A model generated the notes under the pieces. That model was not told the DNA's origin and ran no database searches. It was given only the letters and a program-made list of their open reading frames with translations. DNA of 64,000 nt from a virus, in the IMG/VR virus record IMGVR_UViG_3300037478_000520, positions 1-64,000 of that record; one strand, 5' to 3'. Made by a program: the position numbers and the translations under genes. Shown here piece by piece: positions 48,205-57,311 of this stretch (the stretch's first letter is position 1; each line of letters begins with the position of its first letter).

Positions 48205-49116
48205 TCAGTTTGTGAGTGCGTTAGGAAAGTGAAAAGCTAACCACGCGTCGATCTCGGCCTCTTGATCGGCAGTTGGGTTGCCCCCGAAGCAAATGAACGC
48301 TGCCGCAATCTGCACGGTGCGTGACGAGTTGTTGGTGAACAGCTCGATGATTGTCGTGTCCTCGATTGCTTCTCCCCAATCGTAGCCATTCGAGCCCGCC
48401 GAACTGGACACCGGTGCACGCTGGCCGACCTGAAGAGAGTGCACGTGGCTGGAGTTGAGCCGGAAGCGCACGATCTGAAACTTGGTGGAGTCCAACGGCG
48501 TGGCAGCGGCCGATCCGATCGAGTGCGCGTGACCGCTGCCAGCCGAGGTGAGCGCCCATGCGGTCTGGCTTGCGTGACGATGCAGGGTGACGAGTTCGCC
48601 TGTGCCCGGGTTGCCGAAGGCGACGACCTGGGAGTTTCCAGTCAGGTCTAGCGGTTTTGCAATCGCAAACCCGAACATCGTCCCTGGATATGAGACGTTG
48701 CCGTTGTCTGATATTGCGTAGCCGAGCACCACTCCAACGCTAGATAGCGACGCAACACTCGGAGCGTCCGACAAATAGTACGATGGCACGGAGCGCATGT
48801 CCGTGCTGGCGGTTAGTGCCCTGCGCGGACGGGCCGCATCGCTGGCCGACGTAAGCGAAACCGGTTGGTATAGAATAGGCAACGAGCTTTCTTCAGGCTT
48901 ACCAATCTGATTTCTTGACTCCCATTCATCAACATTTACTGGCCCATCCAGCGTGATCGCCGGGCCGTCATCGGCCAACCACAGAATCGGGTAAGCGCCG
49001 CCCGGTACCGTGGTGTTGGCCATCACCTGCGCCGGGTTGCGCAAGCCGACCTTCACGTTGCTTCGAACCTTCACGTGCGCGCGAAGGGTAGAACGAGCTG
49101 TATCTACGCCGCTCAT
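48205..49116 (-). CDS. LamG-like tail protein
   Basis: LWLADD...VDEW...EIDAWLA; position after the fibre gene. Confidence 0.55.
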   Translation of the reverse strand: MSGVDTARSTLRAHVKVRSNVKVGLRNPAQVMANTTVPGGAYPILWLADDGPAITLDGPVNVDEWESRNQIGKPEESSLPILYQPVSLTSASDAARPRRALTASTDMRSVPSYYLSDAPSVASLSSVGVVLGYAISDNGNVSYPGTMFGFAIAKPLDLTGNSQVVAFGNPGTGELVTLHRHASQTAWALTSAGSGHAHSIGSAAATPLDSTKFQIVRFRLNSSHVHSLQVGQRAPVSSSAGSNGYDWGEAIEDTTIIELFTNNSSRTVQIAAAFICFGGNPTADQEAEIDAWLAFHFPNALTN

Positions 49117-51767
49117 GACGATGTGCTATTTGTGATGAGACCCAGATTCGTCAGCGCCGCCAGCAGACTGACTAGCGCCGCGCCACTCGTCCGTGACCCC
49201 GTGACCCCGGGCCGTCCGATCGGTGTATTGCCGAAGAACCCTAGGTCACCGTCAAGCGTGTCGACCACGTTGTCCAGCGTATGACCGATGATCGCCTGCC
49301 CGTAGTCGCTGGTACCGATGCCGCCACGGAAGTACGCGCTTCCACCGTCCGACCCGGTTCCTGTGGCGGACTGCGCCTGCACGATCAAATCCGTTCCGAC
49401 GGTCGACGTAGCCGCCGTGTCTTGAATCTGAATCGTTGCCGCGCCTGCAAAGTTGAGGCCGGTTGCGATGCCTCCCTGACGCCATGCGCTGGCGTTGTAA
49501 CCCTCGACCTCACTCGTCGTGGTGTTGTAGATCATCATCCCAGCTTCGGGGGTGAGCGTGTCGCGCTGGCCCGTGTTGAGACGATTGAGAAGCAGCGCTC
49601 CATTCGTCGTGTCCAGCCTAAGTGAGGCCGAACCCGTGACCGCTCCGGACCCGCCAAGACGTAGCCGGATGCCGTCAACGTCGGCGAACAGGTCAGAGAA
49701 CACGACCGCGTTGCCCGCCTCGTTGACGACAGGGTACTTGCCCGCTGCGCTCGTGTAGTTCGCAGGCGTGTCTGTCAGCGCGATAAATGTGGTCGACCCA
49801 CCTCCATCGTCGACCGCCGCCCAAGTGGAACCGTTGTAGACCTCGAGCTGCGCTGTCGTCGTGTTCCAAACGATGTCGCCATCCTCGGCCGGCAGCGCGT
49901 TTCGCTCCGTCGTGTCCAGACGGCTAGCGAACGTGACGTGGAACTCCAGACCGGTTTCCGCGTTGTTGATGCGCGGAACGGCGCGGGCGAACGCAGTGCC
50001 AGCGGACGTGTACGAAGATGGCGTGTCGGTCAGGCTAAGAAACGTGGTCGAACCAACCCCGATCTGAAACCACGCAGACCCGTCGTAGGCGTCGATGGTA
50101 TTGGTCGTCTCGTTGTAGACGACCAGACCCTCTCGCGGGCTGCTGATCGCGTCGCGCTCGGCGGTCGTGACGGTCGGGAAACCGATCCCTAGGTTGACGC
50201 TCTGGAAGTCGATTGCCGCGCTAGCGTGTGGGGTCGTGCCACCGAGGGAGATTTGCGCGACGTTCCTGATGTCGAACGCGTTGAAATCGAGGTTCGCGTC
50301 AATCTCGGGCTGAATCGGCCGGATGATCAGCGCGTCGGAGCCAAGGCTGACCAGTGCATCGGTGTTCACCGCAAACATGTTGTTCGCGTACTTCGAACCG
50401 CTGTTGACGAAGAACTGCCGTCCAGGCGGGAACTGGTAGTTAAATTGGAATCCAGGAGCTCGCGACCAAGCACCCGAAGAAGCGGTGTAGACACCGTTCT
50501 CGCTCGGTGCGGATTGGTTGGCTACGAGCACCGGGTATCCCTCTGACAGGATCACACCGTCGACATCCGCCAGCCCGCTCAGCCCATGGTCGGATACCGT
50601 CGCCGCCTGAACGAAGGCGAGCCTGTCCAGCTCGTTGAGCATAGGGACGATGGCAATTGCTGTAGCGCCAACCGTGATGGCCGTGTCATTGACGACGCTA
50701 AACAGCTTGTCACCGTAGGTAGCGCCCTCGTTGACGTAGATCATCAGGCCGCCGAAGATTCCGGCCCCAGTGTCATACGGAACCGTGCGCGTCCAAGCGC
50801 CCGCAGTGTCGACCGTGTAGATGCCGTTCTGGGAAGGGGTGGTCTGCGCCCAACACAGGAACGTGTCACCGGTAACCAGGGTCACCGTATCGGAAACCGC
50901 TGGTCCCGTGAGAGGAGCATTACCGGTCGCTGCAGCACGCACGATTGCGTAGCCGGACGAAGTCGCGCTTGTCGACGTGATCGCCACCCAGCTCGACCCA
51001 TCCCAGTATTCAAACTGGTTGGTCGTCTCGTTCCAGATGAGCAGTCCTGTCGCCGGAGATCCGATTGCGTCTCGCTCGGCGGTCGTCAGCGACGGGATTA
51101 GAATTCCGCTATTGTTGACCTGGGAGAAGTCGATGATCGCGCTCGCGTCACCCGACGTTCCGGAGATGATCGACCCGCCATTCAGAATCAGGTCGCCGCC
51201 GTTTAGGTTCAGGTCGCCATCGATGAGCGGCTGCAGCGGCCCGATGTTGATCGACGTCGTGCCGATGAGTACGGCGTTGTCGTTGCGAACCGAGAAGAGC
51301 GTGTCGCCGAAGCTCGCGCCGGCTTTCACGTAGATCAACTGACCGGGGAAAATCTCCGGGTCGGCATCGTAGGCAGCCGCGCGCGTCCACGCTCCGCTTG
51401 TGTTGACCTCGTAGATGCCATTCTCAGTGCCAGCCGATTGCATCCACGCGAGCACAAGGTCGCCGTTGATCAGCGCCGTACCGTCGATCGTCCCGCCGCC
51501 CGTCAGTGCATGGTTGCCCGTGGTGGCCAGTCGCACAACCGCTGCGCCCCACCCGCTACCGCCGTCTCCGCCGCCCACTCCACCACCGCCGCCGCCACCA
51601 ACCGCGCCCGACATGTCGACGACGTAGCGACGGTTCGGCGAGTCGGCGGAGCCAACCGCACCGGGCGCAACGATGTTCAGGATCTTATAGGTCCCGTCGA
51701 TCGTGAGTCCGTTGACCTGGATCTCGTCGATGCCGATGTGAATCCAGGACGGTGGTGTTCGTGGCAT
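49113..51767 (-). CDS. long tail fibre
   Basis: Three VRxAT...Q...ENGIY...WTR modules alternating with TTAERDAI.SP..GL..YN.TT modules. Confidence 0.8.
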   Translation of the reverse strand: MPRTPPSWIHIGIDEIQVNGLTIDGTYKILNIVAPGAVGSADSPNRRYVVDMSGAVGGGGGGGVGGGDGGSGWGAAVVRLATTGNHALTGGGTIDGTALINGDLVLAWMQSAGTENGIYEVNTSGAWTRAAAYDADPEIFPGQLIYVKAGASFGDTLFSVRNDNAVLIGTTSINIGPLQPLIDGDLNLNGGDLILNGGSIISGTSGDASAIIDFSQVNNSGILIPSLTTAERDAIGSPATGLLIWNETTNQFEYWDGSSWVAITSTSATSSGYAIVRAAATGNAPLTGPAVSDTVTLVTGDTFLCWAQTTPSQNGIYTVDTAGAWTRTVPYDTGAGIFGGLMIYVNEGATYGDKLFSVVNDTAITVGATAIAIVPMLNELDRLAFVQAATVSDHGLSGLADVDGVILSEGYPVLVANQSAPSENGVYTASSGAWSRAPGFQFNYQFPPGRQFFVNSGSKYANNMFAVNTDALVSLGSDALIIRPIQPEIDANLDFNAFDIRNVAQISLGGTTPHASAAIDFQSVNLGIGFPTVTTAERDAISSPREGLVVYNETTNTIDAYDGSAWFQIGVGSTTFLSLTDTPSSYTSAGTAFARAVPRINNAETGLEFHVTFASRLDTTERNALPAEDGDIVWNTTTAQLEVYNGSTWAAVDDGGGSTTFIALTDTPANYTSAAGKYPVVNEAGNAVVFSDLFADVDGIRLRLGGSGAVTGSASLRLDTTNGALLLNRLNTGQRDTLTPEAGMMIYNTTTSEVEGYNASAWRQGGIATGLNFAGAATIQIQDTAATSTVGTDLIVQAQSATGTGSDGGSAYFRGGIGTSDYGQAIIGHTLDNVVDTLDGDLGFFGNTPIGRPGVTGSRTSGAALVSLLAALTNLGLITNSTSS

Positions 51768-51944
51768 TTGGTTACATTCGCTCCCGAGGCGCGGTCGTGT
51801 GGTCTAGAAGGATGGGGCTTCCATGAGGGAACTTGCACGCGTAGGCACGCATACCGTCACGGTCGAACGACGGCGCGCGTTCCAGAGGAGAACCGCAAAG
51901 CCGGCATCGGACGACTATCGACTTTCCAGCGAACTCGATTTCCA

Positions 51945-52838
51945 TCAGTCTGCCGCAGCGTCCTGCAGGCCGAGCACGATGACTGTGAAATTCATCTTAT
52001 CGATGGGATATCCCAACTGCTTGATCTTGCCACCGTCATTCAAGTCAGCGAACGGGTACAAGCAGTAGAGTGAGAATTCCTGGTTGGTGCGCGAAAACCC
52101 GGTGCTTTCGAAATTGTGGAACGGTCGCACCTCAGCGAATCGGGCTGCACCGGTGTTAGGGTCGGTCGAAAGCAGCCAACTAGATGTCACAAACACGCCG
52201 TAGTTGACGGTAGGAAATCCATCTGTCATGCGAACACGCATGTAAGGTCCGCTCGAGACAATCGATTCGATGTTGAACCCATCGATGATTGTGTTGTCGT
52301 AGATGTGCGCCCACGCCTTGATTGTGTTGCGTGCGGTGATCGTGTTTACGAAGCCAGTTGAGTGGTGAGGATTTACTTGCGACGACGCACCCGTGTGCTG
52401 GGCGAACCGGATGTGCCCGCGAGACAAGAGTGCCTTACCGCCGCTCATGCCTTGCGCCTCGATCGCATGGCCGTTCAGCGACTGCGCAAATACTCCGACC
52501 GCTTCACCGTTTTCGGCAAGGCCTGTCACGGCCTTGTGGAATCTCGTATCTCCAGTGCTCGTTCCAACCAGACCAAAAGGAGCCGTCCCGAGCACCCCGA
52601 TCCCAGTTGCCTCGTTTGAAATGCCATGGATGGCGTTGCCCGTGTTGCCGTTGTCGGCGACCTCCAAGGCACGAGTCGAGAAGTTCTTGGTAGGGAGCAC
52701 CGTCTGAACGATCGCCTTCATTCGATCGGCAAGCCGCTTCCCGAACTCCACGCTAGCCGCGGTGACTTCCTCGCCAGGGTTGGGTACCTGGATTGTCTCA
52801 GTCGATGTGGCGCCGTCCGGCGTGTAGGTCGTTGGCAT
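51945..52838 (-). CDS. tail fibre/baseplate-associated protein
   Basis: Gly-rich beta repeats; TIKAWA C-terminal domain. Confidence 0.6.
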   Translation of the reverse strand: MPTTYTPDGATSTETIQVPNPGEEVTAASVEFGKRLADRMKAIVQTVLPTKNFSTRALEVADNGNTGNAIHGISNEATGIGVLGTAPFGLVGTSTGDTRFHKAVTGLAENGEAVGVFAQSLNGHAIEAQGMSGGKALLSRGHIRFAQHTGASSQVNPHHSTGFVNTITARNTIKAWAHIYDNTIIDGFNIESIVSSGPYMRVRMTDGFPTVNYGVFVTSSWLLSTDPNTGAARFAEVRPFHNFESTGFSRTNQEFSLYCLYPFADLNDGGKIKQLGYPIDKMNFTVIVLGLQDAAAD

Positions 52839-52844
52839 GCGTTG

Positions 52845-53528
52845 CTACCCGTTCCAGTACACAGCGGCTCCGCTGCGTTGTGTTGGATCTCCCCATGTCC
52901 CGTCAGGCTGCTCGACGGCCCACGTTCCAGGATCCGTGACCACAATGATGTGTGAGCACCACGTATGCGCAGGCTTCCACTGCCGGATGATTTGCCGGAT
53001 GTCCGCTAAGTGCGTTGTGTTTGCCCCGAGCCCATCCCAAGGGTGCCCGTCGTCGTAAAGGCTTCCATCGTCGTACTCGATGCCCGCCTCGTGCGTGAAC
53101 GGGTGACCGGTGAGTACGACCCAAAAGCGCGCCCACGCGCCGGTGTTTCCGTCCCAATCCCAGTCATCGTTTTCAACGACCTCGGCCGTGTAGCCGAGCA
53201 AGGCTAGCTGCGAAACGATCGCGTGTGGCGTGCCTGCAAACAACCATGCAGTCCACGCGTCGCCAAGACGAGCCCGATATTGCTGAGCCGTCTCGGACGG
53301 GACCTTGCCCATCTTACGTTCGGTGCCGATCAGCTTCAGAACGCTCGGGAGGCCGCTCGGATTGCGGAATGCCCGCGCGCGAATAGCAAGCGTGTCGCCT
53401 TCTAGCCCCAAGTGATTCAAGAACGGGCAGATCGTTCCGAAGTACCGGTCTGCGTTGGGTCCAGAATAGCAACTCGGCATGACTTCGAGTTGGTAGTCGA
53501 AGTACGCGGTCTCCGGAGTCTTAGTCAT
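52845..53528 (-). CDS. baseplate wedge protein (P2 gpI-like)
   Basis: IGTER...E....YRARL...W...GT; WKPAHT; follows baseplate J. Confidence 0.75.
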   Translation of the reverse strand: MTKTPETAYFDYQLEVMPSCYSGPNADRYFGTICPFLNHLGLEGDTLAIRARAFRNPSGLPSVLKLIGTERKMGKVPSETAQQYRARLGDAWTAWLFAGTPHAIVSQLALLGYTAEVVENDDWDWDGNTGAWARFWVVLTGHPFTHEAGIEYDDGSLYDDGHPWDGLGANTTHLADIRQIIRQWKPAHTWCSHIIVVTDPGTWAVEQPDGTWGDPTQRSGAAVYWNG

Positions 53529-53536
53529 CGCTATGA

Positions 53537-54745
53537 TTAGACCGGCACAACGTCAGCGATGGTGATCTGCGGTATCGCGACGAAGCCTTTTGGAATCGAC
53601 TGGTTTACGGCCGGCGAAAAAGTCAGGTTGACGACCCCAGGAACAGCCGCAGCGGATCGGTAAACCTGTCCAATAAGTAGAAACCCTCCGAAGTCCAGCG
53701 GGTCGACCTTGGTGCCGCCGATCGGCACGAGCGCGAAGTAGTCCTCAATTGCTTCAGTTACCGCGACGGCGATGCCGTCCTGATAGGCAGCCTCACAAAT
53801 GATGACCACTGAGATGGCGATCGGAATGTCAGTTGCGGATTGGATGGTAACCGTCGAGCCGATTGGAACGCGGCGTACGATTCCGAGTCCCGCATTGCCA
53901 TTGACGTAGTCGTTGACATCCGTGACGGATGCCGCGTCAGCACCACCTGTGACGGTAGCCAAGTACACACCGACGTTTCCTGTCCCAGTCGCGTCCTGGT
54001 CGTCGACTTGAACGCGGGTAACCGCTTCGGCGGCGAGAAGCGCCCAGTAGATGTAGGCGTCTCGTGGACCTGTGGCGAATGCGAGCGTTGCCCACTTGCT
54101 CGTGTTGCGAACTTTGAGCTTTAGATCCGACTCCTCGTTGGCGCCCTCGATAGTCAGCCATGATTCGACCGGAGTTAGCGGAGGATTTGGGAAGTTGGTT
54201 AGCGTGACTCCGCTGATCGGAGTCTGGAGTTCCAGCGTGGAAGTCGCGCTCGTAGCCAGTTGCGTGCCGACGTTGCCATCCGCTCCAGCCACTTCCGCTT
54301 TCAACAGGAACTGGTACGCGACCAACGGGTCTACGATCGTCCCAGCGCTGTCGATGCGGTAGGTTAGTCCCGTGTTCCGGTCGACGACCACTTGCTCGCC
54401 AGCAACGATATCAATCGGCAGCGATGCGTCCGACCCGGCGGTGAGTTGAACGTATCCCTCCGTCCGCACCGCCTGCAGTCGTTGGTTGTCGTAGTGGCTG
54501 TCCGAGAATACGGTCAGCCAGTCACCCTCTGCAGTTTGGTTGTAGCCACCGCGCGCAATCAGCGCAGTAACCCGCGTGCGGTCTGCGAAGAACGCCGCGC
54601 ACGCGAACGCGATGTCGCGTGCTGCCGTGCCATCGCCCCACGCCGTTATGTCGATCTCATGTTTTCGGAGTTGCTCGATGAGAAACTCCTCCGCCTCATC
54701 GAGAGAGAGAATCTCGGAGAGTTGCTCAATCGTTGGTGACGCCAC
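53537..54745 (-). CDS. baseplate J/gp47-family protein
   Basis: TAEGDWL, AEVAGADGN, GANEESD..L..R, G...AY..WA. Confidence 0.9.
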   Translation of the reverse strand: MASPTIEQLSEILSLDEAEEFLIEQLRKHEIDITAWGDGTAARDIAFACAAFFADRTRVTALIARGGYNQTAEGDWLTVFSDSHYDNQRLQAVRTEGYVQLTAGSDASLPIDIVAGEQVVVDRNTGLTYRIDSAGTIVDPLVAYQFLLKAEVAGADGNVGTQLATSATSTLELQTPISGVTLTNFPNPPLTPVESWLTIEGANEESDLKLKVRNTSKWATLAFATGPRDAYIYWALLAAEAVTRVQVDDQDATGTGNVGVYLATVTGGADAASVTDVNDYVNGNAGLGIVRRVPIGSTVTIQSATDIPIAISVVIICEAAYQDGIAVAVTEAIEDYFALVPIGGTKVDPLDFGGFLLIGQVYRSAAAVPGVVNLTFSPAVNQSIPKGFVAIPQITIADVVPV

Positions 54746-54746
54746 G

Positions 54747-55148
54747 TCAATTGACCTCTCGGAGCAGCTCGACCGTCAGGTCAGGAAACTCGACCACAGC
54801 CTCAAACGGCCCATCTCGGTCGGTCAGACGAAGATGAATCTGGATGTGATTCGGGTCGTTGCTGTGCGTCGTCACCGTCACGGATGCATTGAGGACCCGC
54901 TCATCCTGCTCGGCCTGCTCAGTGCACTTGGCGTTGATGTAGGATCCCGTGACACCGCTCGCGCTGAGCTGCGCTTTCAGGTCAAACCCGCGAGCAGGCG
55001 ACCTCGGCCAGTGCCCGCGCGCGTAGGTGAAACGTCGAGCGATGTCGATCGCCAGTGCGCGACGCCCCGAGCACGTCGAAATGGTCGCGCTGAAGTCAAG
55101 CCCCGGGCCGAAGCCGTCGAATGTGCTTCCAAGTCCAAGGTTTGCCAT
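54747..55148 (-). CDS. gp25/gpW-like baseplate protein
   Basis: AEQDERV..ASV; size and position. Confidence 0.65.
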   Translation of the reverse strand: MANLGLGSTFDGFGPGLDFSATISTCSGRRALAIDIARRFTYARGHWPRSPARGFDLKAQLSASGVTGSYINAKCTEQAEQDERVLNASVTVTTHSNDPNHIQIHLRLTDRDGPFEAVVEFPDLTVELLREVN

Positions 55149-55222
55149 GTTTTCCCAAACGGTTCCGCTGAGTTAGGGGTATCCGGTTGTTCGCCGTTCG
55201 CTGACGACGTACGCTTTTCGCT

Positions 55223-56284
55223 ATGCGCACGACCATCTTCCTATTTGCGCTCGTCGCGGCATGCGCCGCGGAGCAAGCCCCCACCACGCCCTCTGAGCCC
55301 GTCCAGCGCGACGCCGTGACGCTCGGTACCGGCGGTGGCGCGCGGGCAGTGCGGGGCGACGTGGGGCTTTCTCTGGCCGCGTTTGGCGACGATGGCGCCG
55401 ACGATCCGAGTGGCCAGGGTCCGAATGGCCCAGGCGGCGCGGTCGACCCTTCGGAGTCGACTCCGGACCCTCCTGAGCAGCTGGCCGGCACGGACATGCC
55501 GGTTGCCGGAGGCGGGGCGCCGGAGCCGGTGGATTCGACAAGCGACGTTGCGAGCCCAATCCCGAGCGGTGAGTTGGCCAACTTGCTGATCGTGTTTGAT
55601 CGCTCCCAAAGCATGGGGGAGCGGTGGAGTGGTGAGCCGCGCTGGCAAGCGGCCGGCCTCGCCGTTGCCCGTGCCATGAGCGCGTTGCAGCCCGACCACC
55701 TCGGCGCCATCACGACAGGCGCTGTGCTTTTGCCAACGCCGGACCCGAACGCTACGCCGACATGCGTCGAGCCCTCCGGGGTTACCTGCGTCTTCGTTCC
55801 AGGCGAACCGGCTGACGCGGACAACTGCATGGTAGCGCCCGGGGCGACCTCGCACATTGCACTCACGTCGGGCTACGATTTCTTGGACGCGTTCACCGTT
55901 GGGCCAGATGGAGCGCCGTTCTACTTCCCGATTCAGAGCGGCTCCACGCCTCTGAGGGAGGGACTGCTAGAAGCTCAGCGCGCGCTCGGCGACGCGACTC
56001 TTGTGGGGCAAACCGCCGTGGTCGTGATCACAGACGGCGAACCGGACTGCGGATGGGACGCTAGCGTCGCCACCAGCGTGGTGGCCGAATGGCGCGAGCA
56101 AGGCATCATCACCTACGTGATTGGGCTGCCCGGCCCAGACGGGGCGTTCGCCGGTGGTGCTGGCGGGGCATCGGCACTGAATGCCATTGCCGTGGCGGGC
56201 GGAAGCGTGTCGATGATCACGCCGGGCAGCGCTCCGGGCATGCAAGCTAAGTTGCTGTCGATCTTGCGTGGCGAGGCGCTGTGA
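55223..56284 (+). CDS. VWA-domain lipoprotein (moron)
   Basis: Lipobox LVAAC; MIDAS DRSQSM, TP, ITDGEP; opposite strand to the tail operon. Confidence 0.85.
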   Translation: MRTTIFLFALVAACAAEQAPTTPSEPVQRDAVTLGTGGGARAVRGDVGLSLAAFGDDGADDPSGQGPNGPGGAVDPSESTPDPPEQLAGTDMPVAGGGAPEPVDSTSDVASPIPSGELANLLIVFDRSQSMGERWSGEPRWQAAGLAVARAMSALQPDHLGAITTGAVLLPTPDPNATPTCVEPSGVTCVFVPGEPADADNCMVAPGATSHIALTSGYDFLDAFTVGPDGAPFYFPIQSGSTPLREGLLEAQRALGDATLVGQTAVVVITDGEPDCGWDASVATSVVAEWREQGIITYVIGLPGPDGAFAGGAGGASALNAIAVAGGSVSMITPGSAPGMQAKLLSILRGEAL

Positions 56285-56347
56285 AACCCTGCAAAGAGTC
56301 TGAAAAGCCAATCGGTCAAACCGCGATGGACTGTCCGCATTGCGGGG

Positions 56348-56428
56348 CTAACCCCGCATCCCATCCAGCACCGCGCACAGCATCGCAATCGCGACGATCA
56401 GCGTTGCGAGATCGATAGCGTCGATCAT
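56348..56428 (-). CDS. 26-aa hydrophobic peptide
   Basis: MIDAIDLATLIVAIAMLCAVLDGMRG; hairpin over the stop codon. Confidence 0.3.
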   Translation of the reverse strand: MIDAIDLATLIVAIAMLCAVLDGMRG

Positions 56429-56497
56429 TGTTCTGGCCTGTCTGCCACCCCCGGATGTGGGCGACGTCTGATTCGCGAGAGGTCCGGTGGCGCGAAA

Positions 56498-56663
56498 ACC
56501 CCGGGGACCGCTCGCAAACTGGCTAAGAATGCGGGGATATTAGCGAAATCCGATGGTCGTCAGCCCAAAGCAGCTTCCGTGGTAAACGTCCTGTAGCGCG
56601 TAGCGACAGGCACTCGCAAACCGACTTGCAAGCGCGTGGGATCTTTGACAATCTAGCGGACCT
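56498..56663 (+). promoter_or_regulatory. CRISPR leader 2
   Basis: Near-identical to leader 1. Confidence 0.85.
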
Positions 56664-57287
56664 GTCGCACAAGGCCCTCGGCGCCTTTGAAGCCGAGACT
56701 CCTGTGCTCCGGGCGGGGCGACCATTGCGAGGCAGTGTCGCACAAGGCCCTCGGCGCCTTTGAAGCCGAGACTTGTGCTCGAGGGCGCGCAAGGCATCGG
56801 AAAGTCTACCGCGGTCGCACAAGGCCCTCGGCGCCTTTGAAGCCGAGACGTGGGGGCGAGCGCGGTGGCGCGCGCCGGACTCGGGTAGTCGCACAAGGCC
56901 CTCGGCGCCTTTGAAGCCGAGACCGGCTGCAGGACGTGCTGGATTGGCTTGCGAGCCGGGGGGTCGCACAAGGCCCTCGGCGCCTTTGAAGCCGAGACGT
57001 GATCAGCCGCGTAGACCGCCAGCAGCGTCCACGCGGTCGCACAAGGCCCTCGGCGCCTTTGAAGCCGAGACTCTTGTTCTTGCATCTCTCCAAGAATCGC
57101 CCTATGGGGGTCGCACAAGGCCCTCGGCGCCTTTGAAGCCGAGACCCCAATCCCAGGTCGGAGACGGAACTCGCGCAGTCGTCGCACAAGGCCCTCGGCG
57201 CCTTTGAAGCCGAGACCGTAGGTCTGTGAGCACGTGGTGCAAGCCGATGGAGTATCACAAGGCCCTCGGCGCCTTTGAAGCCGAGAA
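56664..57287 (+). CRISPR. CRISPR array 2: 9 repeats (last degenerate), 8 spacers of 35-41 nt
   Basis: 36-bp GTCGCACAAGGCCCTCGGCGCCTTTGAAGCCGAGAC. Confidence 0.97.
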
Positions 57288-57311
57288 ATCAGATGAAGTG
57301 CGCCTAGTGCG

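Noticed and set aside
42044-57251. Self-targeting spacers
   Set aside because: No protospacer noticed in the window by eye; a proper alignment is needed to exclude it.
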